30,226 bases of DNA, taken from NCBI GenBank assembly GCA_046758505.1, contig JBHIAH010000024.1, positions 1-30,226 on the forward strand, written 5' to 3'. A program made the position numbers and the translations under genes. Below are positions 1 through 9,211 of this stretch, piece by piece. The notes under the pieces were generated by a model that saw nothing but the letters and a program-made list of their open reading frames with translations, did no database searches and was not told the DNA's origin. This DNA comes from Candidatus Methylomirabilales bacterium. GTDB taxonomy: Bacteria; Methylomirabilota; Methylomirabilia; Methylomirabilales; CSP1-5. How positions within the stretch are numbered: the stretch's first letter is position 1; each line of letters opens with the position of its first letter.

Positions 1-340
1 TCCACAATGCCGCCATAGGTGCCAGAAGAGTTGCAGCATTGCAATGATCTGCGAAGGCAAAAAACATGATCCTGGTCATGTGATCTTAGCAGGACACGAT
101 GCCGTCCACGCACTCCAAATGAGCCCAGAAACAGGCGATGTGCGCAACATGTGTTGCCGTCCGGCCGGAGCCAGCAGGGACCATGGCCTTGGGCTGGGCG
201 AGTCCGCCCTATCGAATTTGAGATCCGGGTGGTTCAGGTGAACCGGGAGGGCCTAGGCACAGGAATTCTGAATGCCGCGAAACCGGCGGCAGGCTTGCAG
301 AATAAAAGGCGCCTGCCCACCCGCAAACCCATTACTCCCT

Positions 341-376
341 TGGGGCAGAGTGGCGACATGGGGCAAGATTGTCCCA
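341..376 (+). promoter_or_regulatory. Putative enhancer (UAS) for a sigma54 activator, copy 1
   Basis: TGGGGCA-AGAT-TGTCCCA imperfect palindrome at 359-376 plus a TGGGGCA half-site at 341; 182 bp upstream of the -24 GG; recurs before three other sigma54 promoters. Confidence 0.7.
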
Positions 377-539
377 TTTTGCTCGGGAGCTCGTGCACCA
401 ATCTGTTCAGCAGGCTCTGCCGATGTCTCTCTCTTCCCTGCCTGGGGCAGGCGTGTCTCAGATGAGCTGAAACGTGCCGCCCTGTCTTTATAGTGAGGAA
501 TTCAAGGGTTAGCTCCTTTTCGGGGAAGGGATGCTGACT

Positions 540-555
540 TGGTACTCTCCTTGCT
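540..555 (+). promoter_or_regulatory. Sigma54 -24/-12 promoter 1
   Basis: TGGTAC-TCTCC-TTGCT, GG-N10-GC spacing (541/553); IHF-like AATTCAAGGGTTA ends at 511. Confidence 0.75.
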
Positions 556-623
556 CAATGTCCGGATTGTGGAGGAACGTCAAATAACAAAACGTGGCCA
601 CTAGGTGGCTATGGAGGTGCACT

Positions 624-1298
624 ATGTCAAGCAAAGAAGGGCTGTTGGATGAAGGGGAAGCATATCAAATGCGCAGGACGGTCACCCTCAAGGAGTTGGG
701 CCTCACAGGGGACGCGTGGGCGCCGCTTTCCATCAGCGTCGTCGTGTTCCTTTTGGCTGCGTTAACAGGATTGCTGGTCACATTCCCGGCCTGGCCAATC
801 CTGGGGATTGGGCGGGCTTTTCTCCCCGGATTCTTGATGCCGGTGACGGCGTTTGTGATGCTGGTGGTCACCACCGGGGGATTGACGGTGGCCTGGGGAG
901 GGGGGTCGGTCAGCCTGCTTGTGCTCTGGGAGATCCTGGGAAAGAAGACGACGTTCGCAACAGTCCGGCTGCTCACTGGAACCAGCCTCCTGGTCGTCTG
1001 GTTCCTGGTTGCGGTGTTTCTCCACATCTACGCCGCTCTGGAGCCCGAGCTCGAGGCCCAAGTGCTGTCCCAGAGCTCGGCCTTACACTTCGCCCTCTAT
1101 ACCTTCCACCGGTTTAACGACGTGATGCACTTTGTGTTCGCCGCCGGCGCGTTGGGGATGATCTGGGGGTATGGCGAGGGTCTTCTGCGCAATCGGGTCG
1201 CTCAGGTCATCACCCTGAGCTTGATCTGGCTTACCTTCTTCAGCCTCTCCTTGACGGTTGGGCTTCACTCTGCCGCGGTCCGCATGATCGCCGGCTAG
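624..1298 (+). CDS. Hypothetical integral membrane protein (~6 TM, several membrane-proximal His)
   Basis: ATG 624 after GGAGG; alternating hydrophobic segments; directly downstream of a sigma54 promoter; no family recognised. Confidence 0.75.
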   Translation: MSSKEGLLDEGEAYQMRRTVTLKELGLTGDAWAPLSISVVVFLLAALTGLLVTFPAWPILGIGRAFLPGFLMPVTAFVMLVVTTGGLTVAWGGGSVSLLVLWEILGKKTTFATVRLLTGTSLLVVWFLVAVFLHIYAALEPELEAQVLSQSSALHFALYTFHRFNDVMHFVFAAGALGMIWGYGEGLLRNRVAQVITLSLIWLTFFSLSLTVGLHSAAVRMIAG

Positions 1299-1366
1299 GA
1301 CGTCCAGGGCGGGGCAGGCCCCTCCGCCGGCCAGACCTTCGAAAGCAGAGGACCCGAGTTTCCCCG

Positions 1367-1402
1367 GCGATGCGGGATGAGGCTTTCCTCATCCCGCATC
1401 GC
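1367..1402. repeat. Perfect 16-bp inverted repeat (terminator-like or REP-like hairpin)
   Basis: GCGATGCGGGATGAGG-CTTT-CCTCATCCCGCATCGC; no U tract on either side. Confidence 0.7.
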
Positions 1403-1585
1403 TCGTGGGTCCCCATCTCCGATCCACATCCGCCCGTGACCCTCGCACACGCTCGGTCTGGGGTCGCGACAGGGTGAGCCGAGAAGGACATGCCCCCCCC
1501 GCCCATCAGGCCAAGCGGAAGAAGCCCGCGTTTTTTATGCAGACATTCACTTGGCTTTTGGCGTTGTTTTGTATATGCTCTCTCC

Positions 1586-3424
1586 ATGGGACGACCCTTT
1601 TCGAGAATCCCGGCGGCCATCCACTCCCGTTTCGAGTCACTCGTTGAGCTGAGTGGTCTCGGCCCGAACCTGACCGTCTTCGCTATCCTGCGGGGATTGG
1701 TGGTTCTCGCGGCCGGGATGTGGCTCCTCTTTTCCCCCCTCTCCGTACAGACCTCTCTCGTCTGGTGGGTCTTCGTCGCCTTTGCCGGGTATAGCCTGCT
1801 CCTGTACGCCCTGGTCCTTTGGCGAGCAGCGCTGGTCCCGCGCCTCGATCTCTGGGTCCTGGCCTTTGACCTTGCCTTCTGCTATCTCTTCGTCCGTCTC
1901 ACCGGGGGGACGAATTCTGATTTCGCCCCCGCCTTTTTCCTCGTCGCGTCGCTGCAAGCCTATTTCTACGGACTCTCCCGAGGCCTGGCGACGGCGACCG
2001 CGAGCATGCTGCTATACCTGGGGACCGAGTGGCCGGCCAACCCGAGCATCCACTGGACCACGGCGACCATCCGCGTCGGATTCCTCTTTCTGATTGCCGC
2101 TGCCCTGGGGGTTCTGGCAGAGCGGGAGCGGCGGCAGCGGCAGGCGATCCTGGGGCTCAACCAAGACCTGGATCAAGAGATGCAGCGGATCCAGCGGATT
2201 ACGGAGAGCATCGGGGATGGGATCATTGTCTTGGACCGACAGGGGCGGATCACGGACTGGAACCGGGCTATGGAGGAACGGTACGGCATCACCGCCGCCG
2301 AGGTGCGCGGGCTCCCCATCCTGGAGAGCTTCCCGACGCTCAAGGCGGAGGGATTTGAGGAGGTCCTCGCCAGGGTCCTGGGGGGAAAAGAAGAGGTGGC
2401 CCTCGAAGGATTTGAACATGACACCCGCCACCGGGGGCGCGTCACGGTGAACATCAAGGGGAGTTTCCTGCGGACGCCGGCGGGGGAGGTGGTCGGCGCG
2501 GTCCTGGTGCTCGAGGATGTGACCGAGCACATTCACCTGGAGCGGATCGCCCGGCAGTCAGAGAAGATGGCAGCGGTGGGTACGCTTGCAGCGGGGATCG
2601 CCCACGAGATCAATAATCCCATCGGAATCATCACATCCCGGGTGGAACTGATGCTCATGGAGGCCCGCGAAAGGGAGTTTGCGCCGGAGGTGATCAAAGA
2701 CCTCCGGGTGGTCGAAAAGCACGCCGGGCGCGTGGCCAAGATCACGCAGGGTCTGCTCTCCTTTTCGCGTCAGGCTCCCTGGACGATGACCGGGGTGGAC
2801 GTGAACCAGGTCGTCGAAGCGGTCCTCCTCCTGGTCGAGAAACAGGTCGCCAAGGAGGGGATCACCTTGAAGAGAGACCTGGCCCGGGGTCTCCCCAAGA
2901 TTCAGGGAAGCCGTAATCACCTCGAGCAGGTTGTGGTCAACCTGCTGACCAATGCCCGGGAGGCGATGCCGGGCGGTGGAACCCTGCAGGTCTCGACGGC
3001 TATGCACGGAGTCGCGTTCGGCACCGAACGCGCGGATGAGGCTGACAGCGCGGATCGCGCGGCGGACTTCGGCGAACCCCTCGGCCTGAGGAGTTCGGTC
3101 GAGGCTCACTCGAATCCCTTAGTCGAGTCGCCCAGTGGAGCCGTTGTCGATCAGCCCGGGGTGGAGATCCGGGTGAGCGACAGCGGCCCGGGAATCCCGC
3201 CCGACGTACTGCCGCGCATCTTCGATCCCTTCTTCACGACCAAGGAACAGGGGACCGGCCTGGGTCTGAGCATCACGTACGGCATCGTGCGGGAGCATGG
3301 CGGAACCATCACCGTGGAGAGTCGACCGAGGGAGGGGAGCACGTTTATTGTCCAGCTTCCGATTCCCACAGGATCGAGGAGAGAGGGCGTCACCCATGGC
3401 GAAAGGGCGTATCCTCGTCATTGA
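1586..3424 (+). CDS. Membrane-bound PAS-domain sensor histidine kinase (NtrB/AtoS-like)
   Basis: N-terminal TM helices, PAS (DGIIVLDRQGRITDWN), H-box AHEINNP, N-box NLLTNA, DSGPG, FDPFFTTK, GTGLGL; start uncertain (ORF is open from 1490). Confidence 0.92.
   Translation: MGRPFSRIPAAIHSRFESLVELSGLGPNLTVFAILRGLVVLAAGMWLLFSPLSVQTSLVWWVFVAFAGYSLLLYALVLWRAALVPRLDLWVLAFDLAFCYLFVRLTGGTNSDFAPAFFLVASLQAYFYGLSRGLATATASMLLYLGTEWPANPSIHWTTATIRVGFLFLIAAALGVLAERERRQRQAILGLNQDLDQEMQRIQRITESIGDGIIVLDRQGRITDWNRAMEERYGITAAEVRGLPILESFPTLKAEGFEEVLARVLGGKEEVALEGFEHDTRHRGRVTVNIKGSFLRTPAGEVVGAVLVLEDVTEHIHLERIARQSEKMAAVGTLAAGIAHEINNPIGIITSRVELMLMEAREREFAPEVIKDLRVVEKHAGRVAKITQGLLSFSRQAPWTMTGVDVNQVVEAVLLLVEKQVAKEGITLKRDLARGLPKIQGSRNHLEQVVVNLLTNAREAMPGGGTLQVSTAMHGVAFGTERADEADSADRAADFGEPLGLRSSVEAHSNPLVESPSGAVVDQPGVEIRVSDSGPGIPPDVLPRIFDPFFTTKEQGTGLGLSITYGIVREHGGTITVESRPREGSTFIVQLPIPTGSRREGVTHGERAYPRH
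3063..3130 (+). repeat. Short repeat element in frame within the kinase ATPase domain, copy 1
   Basis: 3088-3130 matches 26808-26850 at 38/43 nt; both copies are preceded by CGGACTTCGGCGA. Confidence 0.8.
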
Positions 3425-4775
3425 TGACGAGGAAGACATGCTGGAGAACTGCAGCCGGGTCCTCGATCGGCTCGCGTACGAGGCGATACTCGCGTCGGAC
3501 GCCCGGAAGGGGGTTGAGCGGTTTGAGCTGGAGCACCCGGTAGTGACGCTCACCGACCTCCGCATGCCCGGGATGGACGGGCTGGAGGTCCTCCGGGCCA
3601 TTCGGCGCATCGATCCCGAGGCGCTGGTCATTCTGTTTACCGCATTCGGCACCGTGGAGACGGCGGTGGAGGCGGTGAAGGAGGGGGCCTTCGACTATAT
3701 TGCCAAGCCCTTCAGTGCCGACCAGCTCCGGCTGGTGATCGAGCGTGCCATGACCCAACGGCGGTTGCTCGAGGAGAATCGCCGCCTGCGGGAGCAATTG
3801 ACCGAGACCTATCGGTTCGAAAACATCGTGGGTCGAAGCCGCCCCATGGTGCAGGTCTTCGACCTGATCAAAAAGGTGGCAGCCAGCGAGGCCAACATCC
3901 TGATCCTGGGAGAGAGCGGGACCGGCAAGGAGCTCATTGCCAGGTGCATCCACGCCAACAGCCCCCGGGCTGCCCGGGCTTTTGTTCCTGTGGACTGCGC
4001 CTCCCTTCCCGAACATCTGCTCGAGAGCGAGCTGTTCGGCCACGAGAAAGGAGCCTTTACTGGCGCCATAGCCACGCGGCGAGGCCTCTTTGAAGAGGCT
4101 GACGGCGGGACCATCTTTCTCGACGAGGTGGGGGACATTCCCCTTCCGCTGCAGGCCAAGCTCCTCCGGGTCCTGCAGGAGCGGCAGGTCCGCCGGGTGG
4201 GGGGAAACCGCTTCCTCGATGTGGACGTCCGGGTCATCTCCGCCACCCACCAGGACCTGGCGCAAATGGTCCAAGAAGCAACGTTCCGGGAGGATCTCTA
4301 CTACCGACTCAACGTCATCCCTCTGCCGCTGCCGCCGCTGCGGGATCGACCGGGTGATATTCCCCTGTTGGCTTACCATTTTCTCCGGCGGTACGCTGCC
4401 CAGAGCGGCAAGGGGGTCAAGGGGATCGCCCCGGCGACGCTCGAGCTGTTGGAGGCCTACCCCTGGCCCGGGAACGTCCGAGAGCTGCAGAATGTGATGG
4501 AGCGGGGTGTCGTCCTGGCGGAGGGAGAGATGGTCTCTCCGGCGGAACTCCCCACCGACCTCCGCCTGCCACAGCAGGCGCCGACCGCGGCGGTCGCGGA
4601 TCACCTGAGCCTCAAGAAAGCGAAGCGCCAATGGGTGGAAGCCTTCGAACGCGAGTATCTCGTCGCGCTCTTGCGGAAGCACCAGGGGAACATCTCTCAG
4701 GCGGCCAAGACGGCCGGCGTGGATCGCAAGACCGTCCATCGCCTCATCAAGCGCTACCGGATCGAATCCACCTAG
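3396..4775 (+). CDS. Sigma54-dependent response regulator (NtrC family: REC-AAA+-Fis HTH)
   Basis: ILVIDDE and DLRMPGMDG receiver, GESGTGKE Walker A, ESELFGHEKGAFTGA, FREDLYYRLNV, WPGNVREL, C-terminal HTH; ATG 3396. Confidence 0.96.
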   Translation: MAKGRILVIDDEEDMLENCSRVLDRLAYEAILASDARKGVERFELEHPVVTLTDLRMPGMDGLEVLRAIRRIDPEALVILFTAFGTVETAVEAVKEGAFDYIAKPFSADQLRLVIERAMTQRRLLEENRRLREQLTETYRFENIVGRSRPMVQVFDLIKKVAASEANILILGESGTGKELIARCIHANSPRAARAFVPVDCASLPEHLLESELFGHEKGAFTGAIATRRGLFEEADGGTIFLDEVGDIPLPLQAKLLRVLQERQVRRVGGNRFLDVDVRVISATHQDLAQMVQEATFREDLYYRLNVIPLPLPPLRDRPGDIPLLAYHFLRRYAAQSGKGVKGIAPATLELLEAYPWPGNVRELQNVMERGVVLAEGEMVSPAELPTDLRLPQQAPTAAVADHLSLKKAKRQWVEAFEREYLVALLRKHQGNISQAAKTAGVDRKTVHRLIKRYRIEST

Positions 4776-4784
4776 AAACCCCTT

Positions 4785-4976
4785 GGTTCACGGTTCACGG
4801 TTCATGGTTCACTGCAAGACCCGGAAAGCTCGTACGGACGGGCGACCGGCCACCAACCGCTTGGATTCAGAGTTCGCGGTTCATGGCTTATTGATGGTTG
4901 GTGATAAGTGATTGGTGGAAATTCCCAGCCACGAGCCACCTTTTTTCATACCGGTCACCGGTCGTCGGTCAACGGT
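4785..4976. repeat. Intergenic 7-bp tandem repeats
   Basis: GGTTCAC/GGTTCAT x4 at 4785-4812; degenerate heptamer runs near 4863-4917 and 4951-4976. Confidence 0.75.
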
Positions 4977-4986
4977 GAGTGCCCGA

Positions 4987-5043
4987 TGAGGCACGAGCCT
5001 TACTGATGGGGCAACCCCGCGGCTCTGGGGCAAATCTGTCCCA
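4987..5043 (+). promoter_or_regulatory. Putative enhancer (UAS), copy 2
   Basis: TGGGGCA-AATC-TGTCCCA at 5026-5043, with half-sites TGAGGCA (4987) and TGGGGCA (5007) at 19-20 bp periodicity. Confidence 0.7.
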
Positions 5044-5232
5044 TTGGGGGGGGAGACGTCTTCTTCACACCGCGTCGCCGTTTCGGCTTTCGGCGTGCCG
5101 TCTCCTCCGATCGGCGTGGGGCAGCCGTGTCTCAATGACTGCAGACAATTTGGCATGCCCCCGGATCCCGCTTGGCCGGATTTTCCATGAGAATTCGTAG
5201 GTTAGCGCCTCGTCGGGACGGCCTTCTGCCGG

Positions 5233-5248
5233 TGGCACCTAGTTTGCT
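5233..5248 (+). promoter_or_regulatory. Sigma54 -24/-12 promoter 2
   Basis: TGGCAC-CTAGT-TTGCT consensus match, 76 bp before the GNAT start. Confidence 0.85.
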
Positions 5249-5323
5249 GTTCGTGAGCTTGTGAGAGAATGCACAAGCATCCGACCACAGGAGAGGGCTC
5301 TGCGGGCGAAGGGGAGGTGCGTC

Positions 5324-5890
5324 ATGACAATGACAGCGGGACCCTTGACGGAGTACCCCAAGACCTGGGTCCTCGCAGAGGGGACCAAAGCCGTGGTGCG
5401 TCCGATGCTGAGGGAGGACCGGGATCGGCTCGCGCTTTTCTTCAAGCGTATTCCCGAAGAAGAGCTGCACTTCCTCAAGGACGACGTAACGGATCTCAGG
5501 ATCATTGACCGGTGGATTGAGACCCTGGACTACAACCGCGTCCTGCCTCTCATTGTCGAAGTGGGGAGCCGCATCGTCGCTGATGCCTCGCTCCACCGCC
5601 GCAGGGAGGGCTGGCGCCGGCATCTCGGGGGCGTGCGCGTGGTGGTGGATCCCGCGTACCGGCACAAAGGGCTCGCAGCGGGGCTCATTGTTGAACTGAT
5701 CGACATTGCCGGGCGGGAGGGCCTCGAGCGTTTGTACGCCGAGATCCCGGCCGACGACGCGGGGGCCGTCGAGGTGTTTGAGAACCGGGGATTCAAGCAG
5801 GTGGCCCGGTTCGATCGCAACATCGTCGATCGCACCGGGGAATACCACGACCTCACCGTATACCACCTAGACCTTGCCGAGAAGCGCTGA
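5324..5890 (+). CDS. GNAT family N-acetyltransferase
   Basis: VVVDPAYRHKGLA acetyl-CoA motif A, FENRGF; ATG after GGAGG. Confidence 0.88.
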   Translation: MTMTAGPLTEYPKTWVLAEGTKAVVRPMLREDRDRLALFFKRIPEEELHFLKDDVTDLRIIDRWIETLDYNRVLPLIVEVGSRIVADASLHRRREGWRRHLGGVRVVVDPAYRHKGLAAGLIVELIDIAGREGLERLYAEIPADDAGAVEVFENRGFKQVARFDRNIVDRTGEYHDLTVYHLDLAEKR

Positions 5891-5961
5891 TCGCGCGCGG
5901 GGGAAGGACCGGAGGAGCCCCGAGGGCGGCCGAGACGGATTGGCGGGGGGAGGCGGGAGCA

Positions 5962-6399
5962 ATGCGGGTCCAGGACTGGATGACGGCGGAGGTAGTGACG
6001 GTCGGGGGGAGCACCAGTCTTCGGGAGGCTGCCGAGCTGATGACGTCGCGGAAGTTCCGACATCTGCCGGTGGTGGAGGAAGGACGGCTGGTTGGGATCG
6101 TGAGCGAGCGGGACCTGCGGCAAGCCATGCCCTCGCAGGTCATGTCCCGTGCATTGCAGGGGTCTGACAAACTCTTGGACAAAGCCTGCGTTCGCGACAT
6201 AATGACTAGGCGAGTCGTCGGGGTCTCGCCGGAAGTACCGATTGGCAAGGCGGCGGCGCTGATGGCCAGAAATAAGATAGGGTGTCTCCCCGTGCTGGAG
6301 GGGGAAGCATTGGTGGGGATCATTACCGGGAGCGATATCCTGCATGCCGTCGCGGAGGAGAAGGGGGTGGTGGCGTTACCCGAGGTTCCGCTTTCGTGA
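5962..6399 (+). CDS. CBS domain pair protein
   Basis: VQDWMT, RHLPVV-GRLVGIVSERDL, IGCLPVL-LVGIITGSDI. Confidence 0.92.
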   Translation: MRVQDWMTAEVVTVGGSTSLREAAELMTSRKFRHLPVVEEGRLVGIVSERDLRQAMPSQVMSRALQGSDKLLDKACVRDIMTRRVVGVSPEVPIGKAAALMARNKIGCLPVLEGEALVGIITGSDILHAVAEEKGVVALPEVPLS

Positions 6400-6414
6400 G
6401 GGGGGGGAGTGACG

Positions 6415-7299
6415 ATGCATATTCTCGTGGCGATAGATGGGTCCGCGGCGTCCCGGGGGGCGGTCCGTTTCGCTTCCCGGCTGACGCAGGCGCTGGCTGG
6501 CTGGCTGACCCTCCTGCACGTGGTTTCGCCGTCGGGGGACCGGGAGGAGGCCGAGGCGCTCCTGCGGTCGGCCCAGGCCGATGCGGAAGAGTCCGGGACG
6601 CGGGGGACCGCCCGCCTGGAGGTCGGCGACCCGGTCGAGGTAATCGTCACAGTGAGAGGCGAGATCGGAGCCGACATGCTGGTCGTGGGAACGCACGGAA
6701 GAAAGGGATGGACGCGCGTGCTCCTCGGAAGCGTGGCGGAGAGCCTGTACAAGAGTGCTCCGTGGCCGGTGGCCGTTGTGCGGTCCTTTGATCCGCCGTC
6801 CGCAGGAATCGGCCCACTCCTGGCGCCGACCGACTTTTCCGAGGGGGCGACGCGTGCGGTCGAGGCCGCTGCGTTTCTTGCACGAAAGCTCGGCGTTCGC
6901 CTCGGGCTGCTCCACGTCTTGCCCGAGGCAGTCCCTCCCAAAGGGGAGAGGGGTCGCGCGGCGTCCCGACGAGCGGCCGACGAACTCCGCCGCGACGCGG
7001 AGACCCGGCTCCGAGCCCTCGTCAAGACGCTTGTCCTCGACCCTCAGCAGGTTGATGTTTCGCTCGTGACCGGCGTGGATGCAGCCGAGATCGCCCACTT
7101 CGCCAAGGAAATTCGTGCGGGCTGCATCGTCATGGGGACGCGGGGGCTCACCGGGCTGCCGCGGGTCATCCTGGGGAGCGTGGCCGACCAGATCTTGCGC
7201 CAAGCCCCCTGCCCCGTGCTGTTCGTTGCTCCGGGGATCGCGCCGGGTGGCGGGTGGCGGCGAGAAACACTGAAGACCGATGAAGGGGTTCATGGTTGA
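6415..7299 (+). CDS. Universal stress protein, two USP domains
   Basis: ILVAIDGS, GTHGRKG-LLGSVAE; PTDFSE, GTRGLTG-LGSVADQILRQAPCPVL. Confidence 0.92.
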   Translation: MHILVAIDGSAASRGAVRFASRLTQALAGWLTLLHVVSPSGDREEAEALLRSAQADAEESGTRGTARLEVGDPVEVIVTVRGEIGADMLVVGTHGRKGWTRVLLGSVAESLYKSAPWPVAVVRSFDPPSAGIGPLLAPTDFSEGATRAVEAAAFLARKLGVRLGLLHVLPEAVPPKGERGRAASRRAADELRRDAETRLRALVKTLVLDPQQVDVSLVTGVDAAEIAHFAKEIRAGCIVMGTRGLTGLPRVILGSVADQILRQAPCPVLFVAPGIAPGGGWRRETLKTDEGVHG

Positions 7300-7405
7300 T
7301 GGTTCATAGTGCATGGTTCACGGTTCAGGGATCACGGTTCAGGGCTTAGGGCAAAAATGGATTACCGCTCTTAAACCATGAACTATGAACTATCAACTAT
7401 GAACC
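7287..7405. repeat. Inverted pair of 7-bp tandem arrays
   Basis: Nine GGTTCAN-like units at 7287-7349, then five reverse-complement ATGAACY-like units at 7371-7405. Confidence 0.85.
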
Positions 7406-7416
7406 AGGGGGGCGCC

Positions 7417-8094
7417 ATGGATGTGACGACGGTTGGGAAGATCATGAGCCAGGCGCCCGTGGTGGTGGAGCCGCAGGCGCCTCTCCGGGAGGCGTGCCGG
7501 CTCATGGCCGAGCATCACATCCGCCACATCCCGGTGGTCTCCGCGGATGGACTCGTGGGAGTCATCAGCGACCGGGATGTCCGGGAATCGCTGCCTGCTC
7601 CGAGCAGTCAGGCTGGATCCGCGGAATGTGCCGCCGCAATGGATCGCATCGCCGTCTGGGAGGTGATGGTCGAAGAGGTGGTCACCGTCACCCCCCGGAC
7701 ACCCCTCGCACAGGCGGTGCATCTCCTTGCCGGTCACAAGATCGGCTGCCTCCCGGTCATGGATTCTGGCCGACTTGTCGGGATCGTCACCGAAACCGAC
7801 GTGCTCCAGGCCTTCGCCGGCTTATTGGATGACCTGTCTGGCTCGCCGCGGCTTGAGGTGGGGGTTCCAGACACGCCGGGCAGACTCCAAGAGGTGAGCC
7901 GCCTCTTCGCCGATGTCCCGTCGAGTGTCGGCAACTTCGTGGGGGCCTGGACCGGGCCGGTCAGCCCGGAGGGACCGACCACCCGGATTCTCGTGCTGCG
8001 GTTTCAGGCGTTTGAGCCCCAGGAAGTGCTTCGCATGCTTGAGGGGGCCGGAATCCGCGTGCTCTATCAGACTGAGGAAGGGGGGGAGCGATGA
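7417..8094 (+). CDS. CBS pair plus C-terminal ACT-like domain (AcuB-like)
   Basis: IRHIPVV-LVGVISDRDV, IGCLPV-LVGIVTETDV, then RLEVGVPDTPGRL; the upstream MNYELSTMN extension is heptamer repeat. Confidence 0.85.
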   Translation: MDVTTVGKIMSQAPVVVEPQAPLREACRLMAEHHIRHIPVVSADGLVGVISDRDVRESLPAPSSQAGSAECAAAMDRIAVWEVMVEEVVTVTPRTPLAQAVHLLAGHKIGCLPVMDSGRLVGIVTETDVLQAFAGLLDDLSGSPRLEVGVPDTPGRLQEVSRLFADVPSSVGNFVGAWTGPVSPEGPTTRILVLRFQAFEPQEVLRMLEGAGIRVLYQTEEGGER

Positions 8095-9080
8095 GCGGAA
8101 CCGCACAGATCACCCGCATTCTCGTCCCCACTGACTTGTCTCCTGCGGCGGCGGCTGCCTGTCGCCTCGCCGCCCGGCTGGCAATGCGGGCCGAGGCCGA
8201 GCTCATCCTCTTCCACGCTCTCCCGGGGGTGGAGCTGCTGGGGGAGATCGGGCGCGCGCGCGCGAGGTCACAGGTGGAGGTCTTGGACGATGTCCGCGAA
8301 CGGCTGCGCGAGTGGTTCGAGATGGCGGTGCCAGAGGAGGTCCGACGGTTCCTCACGGTCGCGTGCAAGGTCAAGGTAGGGGAGCCGACGCCGGGGATCG
8401 CCTGGGCGGCGCGGCGGAGTGGGGCCGATCTGATTCTGATGGCGACCAAAGGCCGCAGCGGCCTGGCCCATCTGTTGATGGGGAGTGTGACGGAGGCGGT
8501 GCTTCGCACGGTGCACGTTCCTATCCTCGCACTCCGGGTCGGGCAGGGGGACCGCCCCCTGACTGCGGTCAAGCGGATCCTGTGGGCGACCGACCTGTCC
8601 CGGGTCTCCGAGGGGGCCTGGCGCTATGCCCTGATGTTGGCGGACGTCCTGGCGGCCGAGGTCATTGTCGTTCACGTGGTGCGCCCGACCGAGCTGGCCG
8701 GGGTGGCGGATCACCCGGTCCCCCTGCCCCCGGGGTGGACGGAGCGGTATCTCGTGCCGCTCGAGCAGGAGCTCGAGCGCCGGCAGCAAGCGGTCGAGGC
8801 GCTGGGGCTGCGGGCGCGCCGCAAGGTCCTGGTTGGGGTCCCTGCGGAGGCTATCGTGGCAGAGGCCCGGACGGAGGAGGCCGGCTTGATCGTCATGGGG
8901 ACCCGGGGGCGGACGGGACTCACCCACGTCCTGCTGGGGAGTGTGGCGGAGGCGGTGATTCGGAAGGCCCCGTGTCCGGTCCTGGCGGTGCAGGTCGGGC
9001 GGGCAGCCGGGGTCCGGGAGCCAGAGTCGAGCGAGTCGCCGGCGCAGGCGGGGGCGACCTCCGGCAATAATAGTTCGTAG
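8091..9080 (+). CDS. Universal stress protein, two USP domains
   Basis: RILVPTDLS, ATKGRSG-LMGSVTE; RILWATDLS, GTRGRTG-LLGSVAEAVIRKAPCPVL; ATGA overlap with upstream gene. Confidence 0.92.
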   Translation: MSGTAQITRILVPTDLSPAAAAACRLAARLAMRAEAELILFHALPGVELLGEIGRARARSQVEVLDDVRERLREWFEMAVPEEVRRFLTVACKVKVGEPTPGIAWAARRSGADLILMATKGRSGLAHLLMGSVTEAVLRTVHVPILALRVGQGDRPLTAVKRILWATDLSRVSEGAWRYALMLADVLAAEVIVVHVVRPTELAGVADHPVPLPPGWTERYLVPLEQELERRQQAVEALGLRARRKVLVGVPAEAIVAEARTEEAGLIVMGTRGRTGLTHVLLGSVAEAVIRKAPCPVLAVQVGRAAGVREPESSESPAQAGATSGNNSS

Positions 9081-9100
9081 AGGAGGGGACAGAATATTCA

Positions 9101-9211
9101 AAGCGCGGAGCGGTCCTCTACCGTCACGTGAAGGACCAGGCGGGCAGGCCGCAGGATCTGGTCATCATGATCAACGATCTGGTGGAGACGCCGGATGTGG
9201 TCGGATTCTGA
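9101..9211 (+). pseudogene. Probable C-terminal remnant of a second GNAT gene
   Basis: Start-less frame KRGAVLYRHVKDQAGRPQDLVIMINDLVETPDVVGF* aligns by eye with the GNAT C-terminus KQVARFDRNIVDRTGEYHDLTVYHLDL. Confidence 0.5.

Noticed and set aside
1..493. Short ORFs 44-241, 151-465, 272-493
   Set aside because: No motifs or convincing RBS; two of them overlap the UAS region
4785..7405. Repeat arrays as CRISPR
   Set aside because: Units are 7 bp with no unique spacers; no cas genes in the window
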